A stretch of DNA of 64,000 nucleotides, from contig OZ024745.1 in the NCBI GenBank assembly GCA_964016885.1, forward strand, positions 105,524,001-105,588,000, read 5' to 3'. A program made the translations under genes and the position numbers. Position 1 is the first letter of the stretch. Every line of letters starts with the position of its first letter. Below the pieces are notes generated by a model. That model was not told where the DNA came from and made no database searches. It was given only the letters and a program-made list of their open reading frames with translations. Below are positions 12,930-32,019 of the stretch, piece by piece. Origin of the DNA: Eledone cirrhosa. Taxonomy: Eukaryota.

Positions 12930-13745
12930 TTTGTGTGTGTATGTGTGTGTATGAGAGATAATAAGTGGAGGTGTAAGCGCGCGTGTGTGTGTGTGTGTGT
13001 GTGTGTGCGTGTGCGTGTGTGTGTATCCAGATACCCGACGTCCACCACGAACCGTGCCAGAAAGAACAGAGGACACCCACCCGAGGCACTAACACCTGCT
13101 TCCTGAAGCTCCCACACTTCAGTGAGGAAACAACAACAGCCATCCGCGGAGCTATCAGACGAGAGGGACTAGATATCCAACTAGCCCACTCAGGACCTTC
13201 TCTACGCAGACGGCTAACCAAAAGACACTCCACCAGACATGACAGCCGCTGCAGACTAGCCAACTGCCCCATCAACGACACAGACCTATGCCACCAAGCT
13301 TACGTCGTATACAGATTAGAGTGCGACAAATGCAGCAACTTCTACGTAGGTAGCACCACCAGACCACTTCACATAAGAATAAAAGAACACCTCAATACTA
13401 ACGCTTCCTCATTTAAGAAAGACCTAGTGAAATGCAAAAACACCGACAAAAACATAACAGTTAGGATAGAAACTAAGGAAAGAAACCTCTGCAATCTTAG
13501 AATTAAGGAAGCACTAATTATAGAAAAAACACAACCACCAATCAATAATAGACTAGAACTCAACACCCAATTTATAACTTGATAGAGCACCTAGCCCCAT
13601 ACTTACACCCCCCCCTCTCACACAAGCACACGCACTCACACACGCACACACACACACGCTTACACCTCCACTTATTCTCTCTCTCACACACACACACATA
13701 CACACACATACACCCCGTACACATACATACATACTCACACGCACA
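12930..13745 (+). mobile_element. 5'-truncated Penelope-like element (GIY-YIG endonuclease end) with upstream inverted 3' segment
   Basis: ORF to 13582: CRLANCP...LC..AYVVYRLECDKC..FYVGSTTRPLHIRIKEH...EALII...PPINNRLE; 12933-13000 is an inverted copy of ~13640-13710. Confidence 0.85.
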
Positions 13746-14301
13746 CGCCTTGTTAAAAATAGAAATAGACAACTGGTTTGAACTAACTAAAACTATTTGA
13801 AATCGTATCCTAGCGACTTGAAATAAATTTACATTGGATAATATGATAACATATATGTAAAGACAGTGCAGTCATATCTAGAACGTCTTTCATCATAGGT
13901 CTATTCGAGACAATAACAACCTAATTACTCAATCAATATAAGTTCGTCAGCCACCTTGATAATTAGTCTGTCAGAATAACTGTTTGATGATGGTGGTGTA
14001 TGTAATTCTGTGGAACCTGCCATTTCATCAAGACAGTCATCAGATCATATTTCACTAAGACCCACTCAATTTACAATAGTTGCCAATTACAATTTTGTAA
14101 GTTATCTACCTTAATGTTTTCACTGTTGCGTTCCATAGTAACAATCAGTCAGTTCTTTAAATCGGTGACTCGTTAAGATAAGTACCAGGGTTGAAATCCG
14201 GTCAATTCTGCCTACTATATACGAAAAAAAATTCGAAACTGCTCCTACGAGTGGTTAAGAAATTTTGACCGAATGGTAATTATGCGAAATATATGTGAAC
14301 G

Positions 14302-14369
<68 letters not shown>

Positions 14370-14493
14370 TCTCCCTCTCTCTCTCCCTCTGTCTCCCTAT
14401 CTCTCACTATCTCTCTCTCCATACACGCATATATAGTTACACGCACGCACACACATATATGTATACAGACACACGTAGACACACACACATATA

Positions 14494-14556
<63 letters not shown>

Positions 14557-15563
14557 ATACGCACACACATTTGTACATACACACATACACTCTCTCCCTC
14601 TCACACACACACATACTCACTCTCACACACACATATGTACGTGATGCAACCTTACATGGCGTCGACGATGATTCACTCCATGACGACGGTCCTTCCCACA
14701 TGCATATGCGCATTTATATATACTTATTTTACAGAAACTACATAATTACTCGGCTGCAGCCTGATGGCATCCAACTTTTCCCCCATACCAATAATTCTGG
14801 AAGGCCGGTGGTTGTTTTGCCGTCGGAGGTCGTATGCGGATTTATGAGTTACGTTTGCTTGAATTTACGTTAAAGTTTGGGTAATTGATCGTCTTATTTA
14901 TGCATACTAGCAGAAAAAACATCCCCTGGTGGTTTTCTGCTAGCATATGTAGTGTATATAATGATATTATACGCAAGTATATATACAGGAAGATATGATA
15001 CATCAAATAAAATCGTAATTGACAATATACACAGAAATTGAACGAAGACTGTGTTACACTCTCTTGTGTAATCAGTAACGTAATCCATGATACATTTAAA
15101 AAAAGACGATATTATATATAGACTGTATTAGGAGAAAATTAGTGACAGAAAATTAGTATGTTTATTTAAGCGATCGCTAACCGGAAGTGTTGACATTTGA
15201 AAATTTTAAAGAAGTGAATCTTTAAATAAATAATATAATATATTTAATGAACAGCCACGAAATTTAGTAGATAAATTATGTAATATTCATTCATTATTTA
15301 ATCAAAGTAATTCAACTTATTTTACTAATAGGATAACAAATTATAAACCGTACGCAATCCCGCGCTTCTTACTTTATTGTAGTTTAGATGTATATTATAC
15401 GTTGATACCGTGTAGACTGAGAACCCCTATGACCGGCCTCTGGCATAAACGTTCTGTTGTGGGATCGGGGGATCGGCTGATATTGCATTTAATAGAGTTC
15501 GTGGCTAATGTTGGATCAGGGTAGATTTCTTTATGTTTAAGTTAAGGTAAATGACGGCCATAG

Positions 15564-15671
<108 letters not shown>

Positions 15672-16311
15672 GTGTGTATATATATATATATGTGTGTGTG
15701 TGTGTCTACAGTAATAATGAAATACGAAGGCTAGATTTCCATAATTCCATTTATTATGTAATCCATTGCTAGGGAACTGCAGAATATTAATATAGAGAAA
15801 GACGGCTTTCGATGTTGCAGAAACGGGAGAGAGAGGCTACTCAATGAATGCAGTAGATTACATTGGTTTGTATGAAGTAGAATTATTCACTCCGTAGATG
15901 CTTTCGTGAGATAACTTAGTTAAAACTCTATGAAATGAAAAGTGATGCTGGAATGCAAGTTGACAAGAAGAAATCTCAGGGGTTCTTGACTATTATTGAT
16001 TGTATATATCTTTTTCTCTATTGCTGGGATTAATGGGAGGGTGAATCGAAGGGTTTAATTTTCCTTTTCATTTACATGACGGTCAGTTTTTGATATTTGG
16101 ATATTTTATAGAATATCCATATCCTGAAAAATCAACACCTCCACCACCATCATCGCCACCATCATCGCCCCCACCATCACCTCCAGTAGTACAGTAGCTG
16201 CTCTATTGCTTTCCAACATTCCTGACATGGAACCACAATGAGTGTATCATACAGCATCCCGAAAAGTAAGGAACAGATAATCGTCTTTATGCATATACAC
16301 ATACATACATA

Positions 16312-16773
16312 ATGGTGGCTGCCAACTCGTTTTCGAGTACGGCCACTACTTTATATCCATGTAGGAGAACCCCTACCGATGCGCTGGACTAGTGTGACTT
16401 TTTCGTCCAGCCAGCGACTTGGAAACTCTGGTACAAACACTACATTTGTGACAATTATTGACACATAGTGCTGGGCCCATGGTACCATGTGACGACAAGT
16501 GCAGAGAGATCTCCAGATATAAAGCAATGCCTGTGCCGTGAAGCTTTTATAGTGAGCAAAGGCACTGCACGAAGCCAGTCCCACTCTCTTAACCAAGATG
16601 ATATTCACCAAAAAGAAGAACAAGTCAACATCATTGGATACCATCAGGGTTGCAGGTGTTATATCAGAGTTTTCCTTCTCCTAGCATTCTGCCTTGACAA
16701 AGGCTATGGGGTCATCTCTCCCAGTGATTTTGGATGGCCATTGACTCTTAAGAACTCCTTTGCCCTTTGACAT
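16312..16773 (-). mobile_element. RTE-related non-autonomous element (family C) in a (CATA)n tract
   Basis: Reverse complement of 50565-51006; contains the RTE 5'UTR-like CTAGGAGAAGGAAAACTCTGA; (TACA)n on both sides. Confidence 0.75.
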
Positions 16774-16803
16774 AATACATACATACATACATACATACAT
16801 ACA

Positions 16804-16838
<35 letters not shown>

Positions 16839-17249
16839 GTGCGAACACACACACACACACTCACAGATACCTGTTGACGTACGAAGCAGTAGGAACATTT
16901 GAAATTTCAAGGTATTTGAAATGTATAATAGTTGATCACTATAAATATAAGTTTAAAACAATAAATTCGGCCGAAATTATGTATTCCTGTTCAGACTTAA
17001 TATTTTGCATAATATTTCGTTGTTTTAGACTCTCCAAATTCGACTCTGTCTTTTATTATACGTGTAGCAAAGTCCGGCATTTAGTAGTATCGCTAAAATT
17101 AAAGGTAAAAAAACGGTTGGACACCAGATCCCCTGGCACGTGGGCAAATGTCATTTTACTATGCTTTCATGTGCCTCATACATTATGAACGACACTGGAT
17201 GCACGGATACTGTTTAGAAGCTTATTGGATAAACTGTATCTGTAATTTA

Positions 17250-17720
17250 AAAGGCCAGTCATGTCACACTGTCTTATGCTGTATGTCCTTGCGAATTGCA
17301 TTAAGGGTACGCGTGTTTGTAGAATAACCAGCCACTCACACGATAATGTCAGGGGCACACTTTTCTGTTAATTGAATAATTGGAGCACTCAGCATCAAAA
17401 TCGACGGAGGTCCATTTTTTTATTTCCATTCCTTTGGGATTAATTTTCGTTGAAGGACCATTTCTTCTAGCTTCCATCTATGTTTTTCTAGGCGAAGACG
17501 ATTTTTCATTACAAGAAGACTGCATCACCAAACACATGCTTGATAGTTTAAACTTTGTATGTGTTGTGGAAAATAAGCTGAGGTTAGAGGAATCTACTTG
17601 TCCTTTTGATTTTGCTGGCTAAAAAGTATGTATCTTCACTAAACTGTAGTGCCTAGAGCATCATTTGAACATTGATATAGGTTACAGATGAAACAAAACA
17701 CTCTTGTAACACATTACAAT
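17250..17720 (-). pseudogene. Decayed transposon-associated ORF fragment (LPPT...H...YQ...W motif family)
   Basis: The minus strand reads RYILFSQQNQKDK*IPLTSAYFPQHIQSLNYQACVW*CS...WKLEE in frame, with stops. Confidence 0.45.
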
Positions 17721-18312
17721 ATTGAAAACTAATATGAATTAATAAGATGGTGTTTAGCTATCGAAATTTGGCTTCACACTTCTTCTGACCTTTGAGCTGA
17801 ACGAAACACCCATTTTCCAGATTTCACTGCTGGACTACACCGTTCTGGAAAAAATAGTTAATTTCTGGAATCAATCTAATGACTATTTTCTGAGTTTAAA
17901 ATATGTCCGCCAACCCCGTACGTGTTACAAACCCCGATTAACTTCGACTTTGTTTAAACTCAGAGACCTGACGCTCTGATTACTTCATTTAATTAAATAC
18001 GCTCAACTAATCAGCTCATAACACATGTTTCATCGAATACAAATGTTCGTTGCGGGTCCCAAATATTTGTAAGCATCAATGAAGTTATAATGTTTCGGAG
18101 CATAATTCCCTCATTAGAAAGGAAATATTTACATGTACATTGTGTTTTCATCAGTTACATTTCCTATCATCATTTGTTATCTTGCGTGTGTTAGTATTGT
18201 ACACGACTGGGTTTGAACTAGACATCTTTAATCCAAAATTAATGAAAGTATTACTTTGTTCATTATCCCACTGATACCTGATAACTAACGTTGATCAACA
18301 AATCGAGATGTC

Positions 18313-18344
<32 letters not shown>

Positions 18345-18349
<5 letters not shown>

Positions 18350-18471
18350 AACAAGTAAGACACCGACGGCTGAGCTCAAGCCGTTTCGACGGCTAATTCT
18401 GTACTAATTGAGTACAGAATTAGCCGTCGAAACGGCTTGAGCTCAGCTGTCGGGGTCTTACTTGTTCCTAT
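18345..18471. repeat. 127-bp palindrome between (TA)n tracts
   Basis: Arms 18345-18405 and 18411-18471; contains CGAAACGG; related motif at ~27365-27385. Confidence 0.9.
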
Positions 18472-18547
18472 TACCCACTCTACTACACTAAGTATTGAGT
18501 ACTTTGGTGCGTTATGGTCCACCTGGTTCCTTACCACATTTCCTTCG

Positions 18548-18602
<55 letters not shown>

Positions 18603-18685
18603 AAAGTTCTATTTAAATTGTTGGGATACAACAAGCAAATATTTTTATAACTGATATAAAGCACTCAACAAGTTTTGGAGTAAAC

Positions 18686-19527
18686 ATACGATATTAACAA
18701 ATGGAAACTATATTTATAAAACCATATCTATTTTATTATACATATTTCAAGGATACCATGTTAAATTATGGTGTACTTTCATCAGACAAAATACAATATA
18801 TACCAGTTTTATAAATAAATATTGACATACCCTTACAAAATGCAACCATTACTTTTGGAAGACTCCGGGCTAGTGGAGTTGTTTACTTATATTAGTAAGT
18901 CGTTGTGTTACAGAGGAGGAAAAAAGACGGAGAGAGAAAAAAAAGACGGAGAGAGAGAAAAGGGAGAAAGAAAGAAAACAAGAAAAAAGAAAAAAGAGAG
19001 GAAAACGAGAGAGAAATATCACAACTCCATACAGAGAGAAAAAAACAGAGAGAGAAAAATATAGAGATAGAGAGAGGGGAGAGAACGAAAACCTTAAGTC
19101 ATGTCATATTAAGTTAAGTTAACAATTGAGATGAAATGAATAAATAAAATTAGAAATGAATAAATAAAATTAGAAATATTAATATTCATGAATGGAATAT
19201 ACATATATAATATGAGAAATTAATCATTGTTTAACTATGATTAGATATTTAGTTTTTTTCTCTCTCTCCGTCTTTTTTCTCTCTCTCCGTCTTTTTTCCT
19301 CCTCTGTAACACAACGACTTACTAATATAAGTAAACAACTCCACTATCCCGGAGTCTTCCAAAAGTAAAGGTTGCATTTTGTAAGGGTATGTCAATATTT
19401 ATTTATAAAACTGGTATATATTGTATTTTATTGATGAAAGCATCCCATAATTTAACATGGTATCCTTGAAATATGTATAATAAAATAGATATGGTTTTAT
19501 AAATATAGTTTCCATTTGTTAATATCG

Positions 19528-19530
<3 letters not shown>
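18686..19530. mobile_element. Fold-back PLE pseudo-LTR-like unit with ~270-bp inverted arms, each carrying an HHR
   Basis: 18686-18958 vs 19262-19530; ends directly in the giant TA tract. Confidence 0.75.
18729..18793 (-). ncRNA. Type I hammerhead ribozyme
   Basis: Reverse complement reads TATTTTGT CTGATGA AAG..ACCAT(8-nt loop)ATGGT..CTT GAA ATATGTAT A ATAAAATA; the plus-strand mate at 19424-19487 lacks the core C. Confidence 0.75.
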
Positions 19531-24118
<4,588 letters not shown>

Positions 24119-24120
<2 letters not shown>

Positions 24121-24712
24121 AAATATTAAAAAAATAATGAATAAAACAATGAAACAGTTCCTTATATTAAACAAAAAAAGTTCATTATTTAACGATCGTT
24201 TCTAGGACATATATGTGTTAGAATTGGCATGCATATTCAAAAGATCTATGTACAAAATTATACAAAATTATACAAACTATCAAATAGAATATACATACCA
24301 ACACATACATATGCCGTCTTCAGAAATAATGAAATATATTTATTGATAATAACAACAATTCAAAATTACAGGTCTGTTTGGGAACATATTTTAAATAGAC
24401 CAATGAAATACATAAAAATATATCAAGAAAATACAGTTAGGTGTGTGTATATATGTAAGTAACTTCGTTCACAGATATACATAAAAATGTATGTTCACAT
24501 GCATACGCATGTCGAAAAAATGTATGTAAATACAAAAATTCAGGGCTAATGTCTCTGTATGTTTATAAATCTGTATGTACATAAATCTTTTGAATATGCT
24601 TGCCAATTCTAACACATATATGTCCTAGAAACGATCGTTAAATAATGAACTTTTTTTGTTTAATATAAGGAACTGTTTCATTGTTTTATTCATTATTTTT
24701 TTAATATTTTAT
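24119..24712. repeat. Inverted repeat (~125-bp arms) abutting the TA tract, with an HHR 3'-half remnant
   Basis: 24119-24245 vs 24585-24712; GAAACGATCGTT palindromic stem III at ~24628. Confidence 0.8.
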
Positions 24713-24866
24713 CTTGACTCTGTATTCCGTTTATCTTTCACCAAAAGTGATTTTTGAATGCATCTCTTCTTTCCATGATATCCGGATTACATTGAGTTCT
24801 TCATACGGATTGGATACTACCGTAAACTTTTGGTAGATTTATCTACATATATGTATATATATATAT

Positions 24867-25057
<191 letters not shown>

Positions 25058-25220
25058 TGTATATCTCTCTATATATATATGTATATATATGTATATATAT
25101 ATGTATATATATGTATATATATGTATATATATATGTATATATATATGTATATATATGTATATATAGATGTATATATATATATATATACATGTATATATAT
25201 ATATTTATATATATATATAT

Positions 25221-25676
25221 ATGGTGGCTGCCAACTCGTTTTCGAGTACGGCCACTACTTTATATCCATGTAGGAGAACCCCTGCCGATGCGCTGAACGA
25301 GTGTGACTTTTTAGTCCAGCCAGCGACTTGGAAACTCTGGTACAAACACTACACTTGTGACAATTATTGACACATAGTGCTGGGCCCTTGGTACCATGTG
25401 ACGACAAGTGCAGAGAGATCTCCAGATATAAAGCATCCTGCAGGACTAAAAGCAAAACCTGTCAAAAAGCAAAGGAGCTCTTAAGAGTCAATGGCCATCC
25501 AAAATCACCGGGAGAGATGACCCCTTAGCCTTCGTCAAGGCAGAATTCTAGGAGAAGGAAAACTCTGATATAACACCTGCAACCCTGATGGTATCCAATG
25601 ATGTTGACTTGTTCTTCTTTTTGGTAAATATCATCTTGATTAAGAGAGTGGGACTGGCTTTGTGCAGTGCCTTTGC

Positions 25677-25684
<8 letters not shown>
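25221..25684 (-). mobile_element. Family C element with inverted 5' part
   Basis: 25221-25436 is the 3' part on the minus strand; 25435-25684 is the 5' part on the plus strand; ~20 bp are missing at the break relative to 50450-51006. Confidence 0.8.
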
Positions 25685-25733
<49 letters not shown>

Positions 25734-25918
25734 ATATTTGGGGAGGGCCATATTGTTATATTATTGCCAGAATAATAATGAATCACACTCACAGTTTGGT
25801 TTGGATTGGTTTTCGATTTTGTATATTTTATATCTTCATAGTTAATTTAGCTGGCAATTAATGTTTACCATCGATCGACCAATGGTTACAAATATAAATA
25901 TATATATATATATATAGT

Positions 25919-25967
25919 CTATCAAAGATCTTTCATCACACACCTGTGACATTATCATCGGTGGTAG
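25919..25967 (-). ncRNA. Degenerate hammerhead motif next to (TA)n
   Basis: Reverse complement reads CTACCA CCGATGA TAAT GTCAC AGGTGT GTGAT GAA AGATCT T TGATAG. Confidence 0.55.
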
Positions 25968-26298
25968 TATTATGTCTGCTCCCGTTGTATTGTAATATCT
26001 ATTCTATTATTTATTTATTTATTTATTATTATCTCTGTTTGCGCATGCGTTCGTGTGTGTGTGTTTTCTGTTTGGTATGTGTTCGTGTGTGAATCTGTAT
26101 ATATATATATATTAAAACGTTTCATCTCTAACTATGAGGTTAATAGCTCGAAAAATTATAATCGCATTAACATAAATCCTCTTAGACAGTTATCTAATAT
26201 CTATTTATCATACTTATTATTTATATAATTACTATTCATAAACACATTTATAATGAAAATATTTTAATCTTCTTCAACACCTATTTATTTACACACTA

Positions 26299-26352
<54 letters not shown>

Positions 26353-27499
26353 TTATGACAAATATCTATACTTACGTGTACATACTCTTGTTCACACTGA
26401 CACACTATCACTAGTGCTATTGCCATACTATGAACCCTTAGCTTTGGATGGAGCGTGTCTTGGGCAGTTTAAACTTGCCAGAACCTCTTTAAGTCTGAGC
26501 ACTGTCATGTGCTACCAGAGAAAATAGAGGGAGAAAAAGGCGGGAGAGAGGGGGAGGGAGCGAAAGAATGGAGTGAGAGAGGAAGTGAGAACAAGATATG
26601 AAAGAAGTATAGAACCTAGTACTAGGTTGGTACTTTATCTATCTCAAAAGGATGAAAGGCAACGTTGATCTCGGTGTGACTTGAATGCAGAGATCTGGAC
26701 TGAATACTGCCGACTTCAGCACCAAGATTTAAGTTAGCGCAAACTGATCGTTTGTAAAAGCGTGTTTTTGTATTGGCAACATGATCAGGCGATGAATTGG
26801 AATGACAAATACAACGCTTCACAGTTTTCGTTCCGAATCTCTCCGTTCAAATCTCACCGAATTCAACTTTACCTTTGGAAGACAATCTTCTCATATATAT
26901 GTTATAAGCAAACCATTCTTGGTAAAGGATTATTTACATTCAATATATGTTTGAATCGCTAGTTCTCATTAGCAATAGCAGAAAGTGGGGAAGATTAAGA
27001 AAAAGAGAGAATTAATCTCTAAAATTAAATTTACATGCTTCAGGGAAGGAAAGGCAATCTGATATTTGTACGTAGGCAAGGAACAATTTCGGAGATATTT
27101 CAGTTTATTAGACCTTATCAGCACCATGCAGACTACTAAAGCCTGTATATAAGTAGATAATATTTAGAATAGAGAGAAAGAGAGAAACGGGGTGGGGTGT
27201 CTTGAACATGTTAAAACAGAAAGCGGCAGGAACTTAAATTACGAACATAAAAGGTTGTGATTCGGTTGTCGCTTGGAAAATAAACTTGGTCATTTTTGAA
27301 AACGAATTCAGAACAAAGTTGAAGGGTATATATATATATATATGAAAAAGTTCAGGACCCCAATGGCTGAGCTCCGGCTGTTTCCACAGCAAATCCGAAT
27401 TGTAGTATAAATATCCAAGGGCTAGAGCCTTATAATTAGTTACAACAGTGACTTGTATAGGTACTCAAGTTTCGTTGAGGTGTTTATCCCAACTCATTC

Positions 27500-27615
27500 A
27501 GCCTTTGGCATCTCCATAAGCTTTTGTTACGGAATTAAATGTTTCGGTGGCAGATTTGTGGAGTTTAACACAAAATTTTATCGCGTACCATTGTTCGATA
27601 TTTTCACGCATCGCA
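27500..27615 (-). pseudogene. mariner transposase N-terminal HTH fragment
   Basis: MRENIEQWYAIKFCVKLHKSATETFNSVTKAYGD matches the Mos1/mariner-type EQRxxIKFCxxLxKSATET...AYG motif. Confidence 0.75.
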
Positions 27616-27879
27616 AACATAGCAGAGGTTATAAATACGTCTTTACATAGGAAAATCCTTACTTTTACTTTTGTGATAAACCTCGTATATATATATATAT
27701 ATATATAATATATATATGTATATACATACATAATGTTCTCAAACATAGCCCTACCTAACAACAAAGTAGATATAAACGAATAAGAAAACCAAAACAACAT
27801 ACAGCACACTATACAAAATGCAGTTGCTCAGTTACAAAACAAAAAGAAAAGTAAATAAAATCTGATGTGAGCTAGATAA

Positions 27880-28900
27880 TGGGTTCAGATGTATTTGGCT
27901 GGTTTTGCGCCAGGCAGAGGATATACCGAGTGTATTCACACACTGTTGTGATGCAAATAACCTTTCTTTCGTAGTCGTTTTACTGGATTTGAAGAAGGTG
28001 TTCGTTTCAATAGAATATAATGTTCTCTTTCGAGTCATCAAATTCCTATACGCAAACACAGCACCAGTTATTGTTGATGGTGAGCTAACGGAGGAATTTG
28101 AAGTTACAGCTGGCGTTCTCCAAGGCAATGTATTCATTGGCACTCTATCCTTCCATTGTTGTCGTTGATGCATTGATGAGAAAAGCCAACTTCGATGATC
28201 TTGGTTTTATCATACATAAACGACAATCTAAATGAGAAAAAAGTTGGTAACCTTGACTATGCAGACGGCATCTGCCTGTTTGAAAATGAATTTGAAAGTA
28301 GTTAAAAACAACTTGATGCACTGGCCTTTAGAACCTAAGTAGGTTTGATAATCAATATAGAAAAAACGAAAGCTATAGTAAATATGGTCGACCAATGTTA
28401 TATAACCCTAGATGGAACAGCACTCGAGATCGTTGATGACATTCAGTATCCAGAGTATTTTATCAACGATACCATGAAAGATTTAAAAGATCAAAAGGTT
28501 GGCCAGCTTTTAGGAAACTGAAAAATATCTTGAAGTCGAGTGCTAGCATTCCTCTAAAAATCAATTTTTTAAATATCAGTCCTGTCTGAACACCATCACA
28601 GCGAGGCTGTAGAAGAAAATTGATGCCTTTCATTCTCCGTGCCTGAGAATCATACTTAACATCAGCAGAACAGACTACGTCACCAATCAATATGTGCATA
28701 TACGAGTATACATGAACTTACCCACCAGTTTACACAGTGATTTATTGGCAGTTATCGTGTATTGGACATTCTATTAGAAAAGGCAAAAAAAAAAAATTGC
28801 TTCAGAAACAGAAGCAGAAAGAAAACGGGCTATGTAAAACATATTGCTGGTTGCCTTACTTCTGGCGTGTACCGCGATGAGAGTGTAATACGCGAAGCTA
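27880..28900 (+). mobile_element. Heavily decayed non-LTR RT fragment (RTE-like)
   Basis: LDLKKVFVSI, EEFEVTAGVLQG and LDYADGICL motifs across frameshifts. Confidence 0.7.
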
Positions 28901-29058
28901 CTCGGTACAGATTGAGCCCGCCTCTCCTCTTTCCACACCAATATGAGACAGAACCGACTTAAATGATAATACATCACTATACCAAGTAATTATATCCGAC
29001 AACCATTATATACTGATTCTAACAGAATAAAAAAATTAAATAACTTATATGCCATTTT

Positions 29059-29253
29059 CAGACCTGTCAACTCTCCCCGTCTGACAGGGAGATATCCCAC
29101 CCACTTTAGGATGGGTGAGAGATGTCCTCTCTTGTGAAAATGGGTATAGCTTTCATTATGTAAAATCTCCCCATTTTGTCTCATTTCTCCCCATTTCGGG
29201 GCATCGCTTTTCATGGTACTACCCTTTTGAGTTTTTAGGGGTTGGCAGGTCTG
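29059..29253. mobile_element. hAT-like MITE
   Basis: TIRs CAGACCTGTCAAC / GTTGGCAGGTCTG; flanks share CATTTT (imperfect TSD). Confidence 0.65.
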
Positions 29254-30608
29254 CATTTTTATTTATTCAAACAAGCGATATTTGTTATAGAATTAATCGA
29301 TTTTTAAAACATGCCGTACCTTCTTATTTATCTCAAATACACAAACATACACATGTATTTCCTATTTTAGTAGTGTTACTACAATTAGAAGTAACCAATC
29401 GCTTTCCCTCATTTTAACTCCTACATTTGTCCACGTAAAAAGTTATTTCTCCAAAGTTATTCATACATTTAATGCTGTCTGTTATATGTACAAACATGTT
29501 GAACGTTTATGTAATTATATCCACGAAATAAATCATTAAAATATCATTCTTTAAACACTGCCACGTGTCAGTAATCAACATAAACTATAAGGGTTCTCGT
29601 ATGTAAACACATTTTTCTTGTGTGATTGTTCCTATATCTGGCATATATAGTATACCAAACCTGGACCCCGAAAAATAAATATGTTCAGCGCTATTGCCGT
29701 CTTTATTGACTACTCAGGTCAATTAGTGCATATATCATTACTTATATATTCTTGTCCTGTAAGCTCCAGTCAACAATTTATGTGAGTGTCTATAGATATG
29801 TTTCTGGTGAGGGTCTATTTGCTCACAATCGCAAGGTCATGAGCTCGATTACCTGTGGTGAGTCATGCACTTGAGAAAGCTCCCCCTTTTCATGTTGTTC
29901 CAGTGCAGTCTGTCGGGGAAACGAGCATGTGTTGTTTCTGGAATTCAAAGGCCGCTACGAATTCATAATTGTTTGAGGGCTTAAAATAAAATGCGTTGAT
30001 TTAAATGTGTTTGTGTGTAGTCATATTTTACTCTTTTCCTTTTTGTTTTTACGTCAGGATAAATAAGGAGGCATATCCTAGTTGTCTGGGTGTTTGATCG
30101 TAATGTAATGAGATCCAACCCAGAGCCAGTGGTGCGTTGTTTCTTTGAGCAAGTCATTTCATTTCACTCGACTGAAAATGAGTATCAGCAATAATTGAAG
30201 GCCAGCTTGCGATGGAGTGAAATTAAAATGAAGTCCAGATAAAACATTTGTTCTGTTTTTTGCTTTAGAAAGTTATTCTTCTAAAAATGATCGACGTGTT
30301 TACTTTAATTATCTCAGCATTTTTATATTATGTTTATGTGTTTGATTGTACGTCTGTGGGGCAGAATACGTCCTTATCTTCGGTATGCATTTATGTAAAT
30401 ATGGATAATACACATAAACACACATACACAACTTAATTCTTTTGCCAAAATCGTTACTTTCAGGCTTTGAAATTTATGTTGTCATCTGTTTATTCATTTC
30501 TATATTTGTAAAGGCCAGGGTGTATGCCTGGATTTAACTTCGCTGGAGTGTATGCGCCATTCTTCTGTGTGAGTTATTTGTGTGAGTTATTACTATATAA
30601 AGGGCGGG

Positions 30609-30790
30609 GGATTGGCAGTATCGGTAAGGGGTCGGACGCCATGCTTTGCAGCATAGAGTTACGGTCCGTGACGGTCTGAGTTCAAATCCCGCCGAAGTTA
30701 ACTTTGCATTTCATCCTTACGGGGTCAATAAAGTACCAGTAATGCACTGGGATAATTGCTGACCTTGTGCCAAAAGTAGAAACAGTTATT
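30609..30790 (+). mobile_element. SINE family A
   Basis: GGATTGGCAGTATCGG...GAGTTCAAATCC...AGAAACAGTTATT. Confidence 0.9.
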
Positions 30791-31908
30791 ACTATATTTG
30801 AATTCCTTATATTGCTACTTTCTAATAATTAATAATTTTCTTTCAGATATTGTCACTTTCTACGATAAACAACTTAAGATCTCTTTTACTTGAATTCTTC
30901 TGATGACATTTCATTCTGTCAAAATAACTTTTATTATTATATTTGGAATTCAATGAAACATTACTACTTTAGCTAGTCTAACTCTGAATGTTTCGTTGGA
31001 TCGCAATACATTTCTATCTATTAAGGTATGTCTTTCTTCTCGTATCGAATAGCTATCACATATTTATAATATGATTGATAAATGAATTTTTAAAGACATA
31101 TATGTAGTCTAATAATATATTTTCATTTTTTTTAAGTATACATTTTTGATAGAATTTTTACGAACGGTTTGAATATTCAGCATTATACGTAAACTCACTA
31201 CATAGCCGAAAGATAATTTAACATTTGTTTGCGCTATATAACATTATTATATATATATATATTTTAATTCATTTATTTTCAAAGTAAAAATGTATTAACT
31301 GTAAACTACATTGAATTTCATTTCTTTCTCAAAACATAAAGCGACCTAATTTAAGATATGTGCTATAAATACTAACAACATTTTTCTAACGTATATAATC
31401 GTACATTTACATGATTTAAGCTTTTAAAATAGTTTTCTTAATCCATTTGGCTAAACTTTTATTTATTGCTATTTCATATTATCCAGCCATGAAATCTAGA
31501 ATCGTACAATTTCTTTATCTCTTCCATTAGCTTATCTAGTAAGAATTCCGTGCATAGAATTGCAAGAAAACATTCTCTATTTTCTTTCTTGTATCCTAAA
31601 AAATATATCTATTTAAGGCTTTATAACCTTGTTATCAATCTTGATAATCCAGCATCTATTTACTTTAAAGTAACACATGCTTCTTTGATATGCCATTCTC
31701 TATTTCAGGCATTCTTTTAATATAGTCATCATAAAAGCTGTTTTACGAATCTAGCTGATACTAGATTCTATGTGGTTTCAAAATATTTTACATTTTGCTA
31801 TTATTATTTAATTCATTGATGTTGAAGATACATTTCACTATAAATGTTTGCATGCTTATTTTTTTCTGAATTTTTTGCATATTCTAAATAATTGCTCATC
31901 ACGAAGTT

Positions 31909-31967
<59 letters not shown>

Positions 31968-32019
31968 AATGTGGAGAGGAGGCACACGAGTTAGGATATA
32001 TATATATATATATATATGA

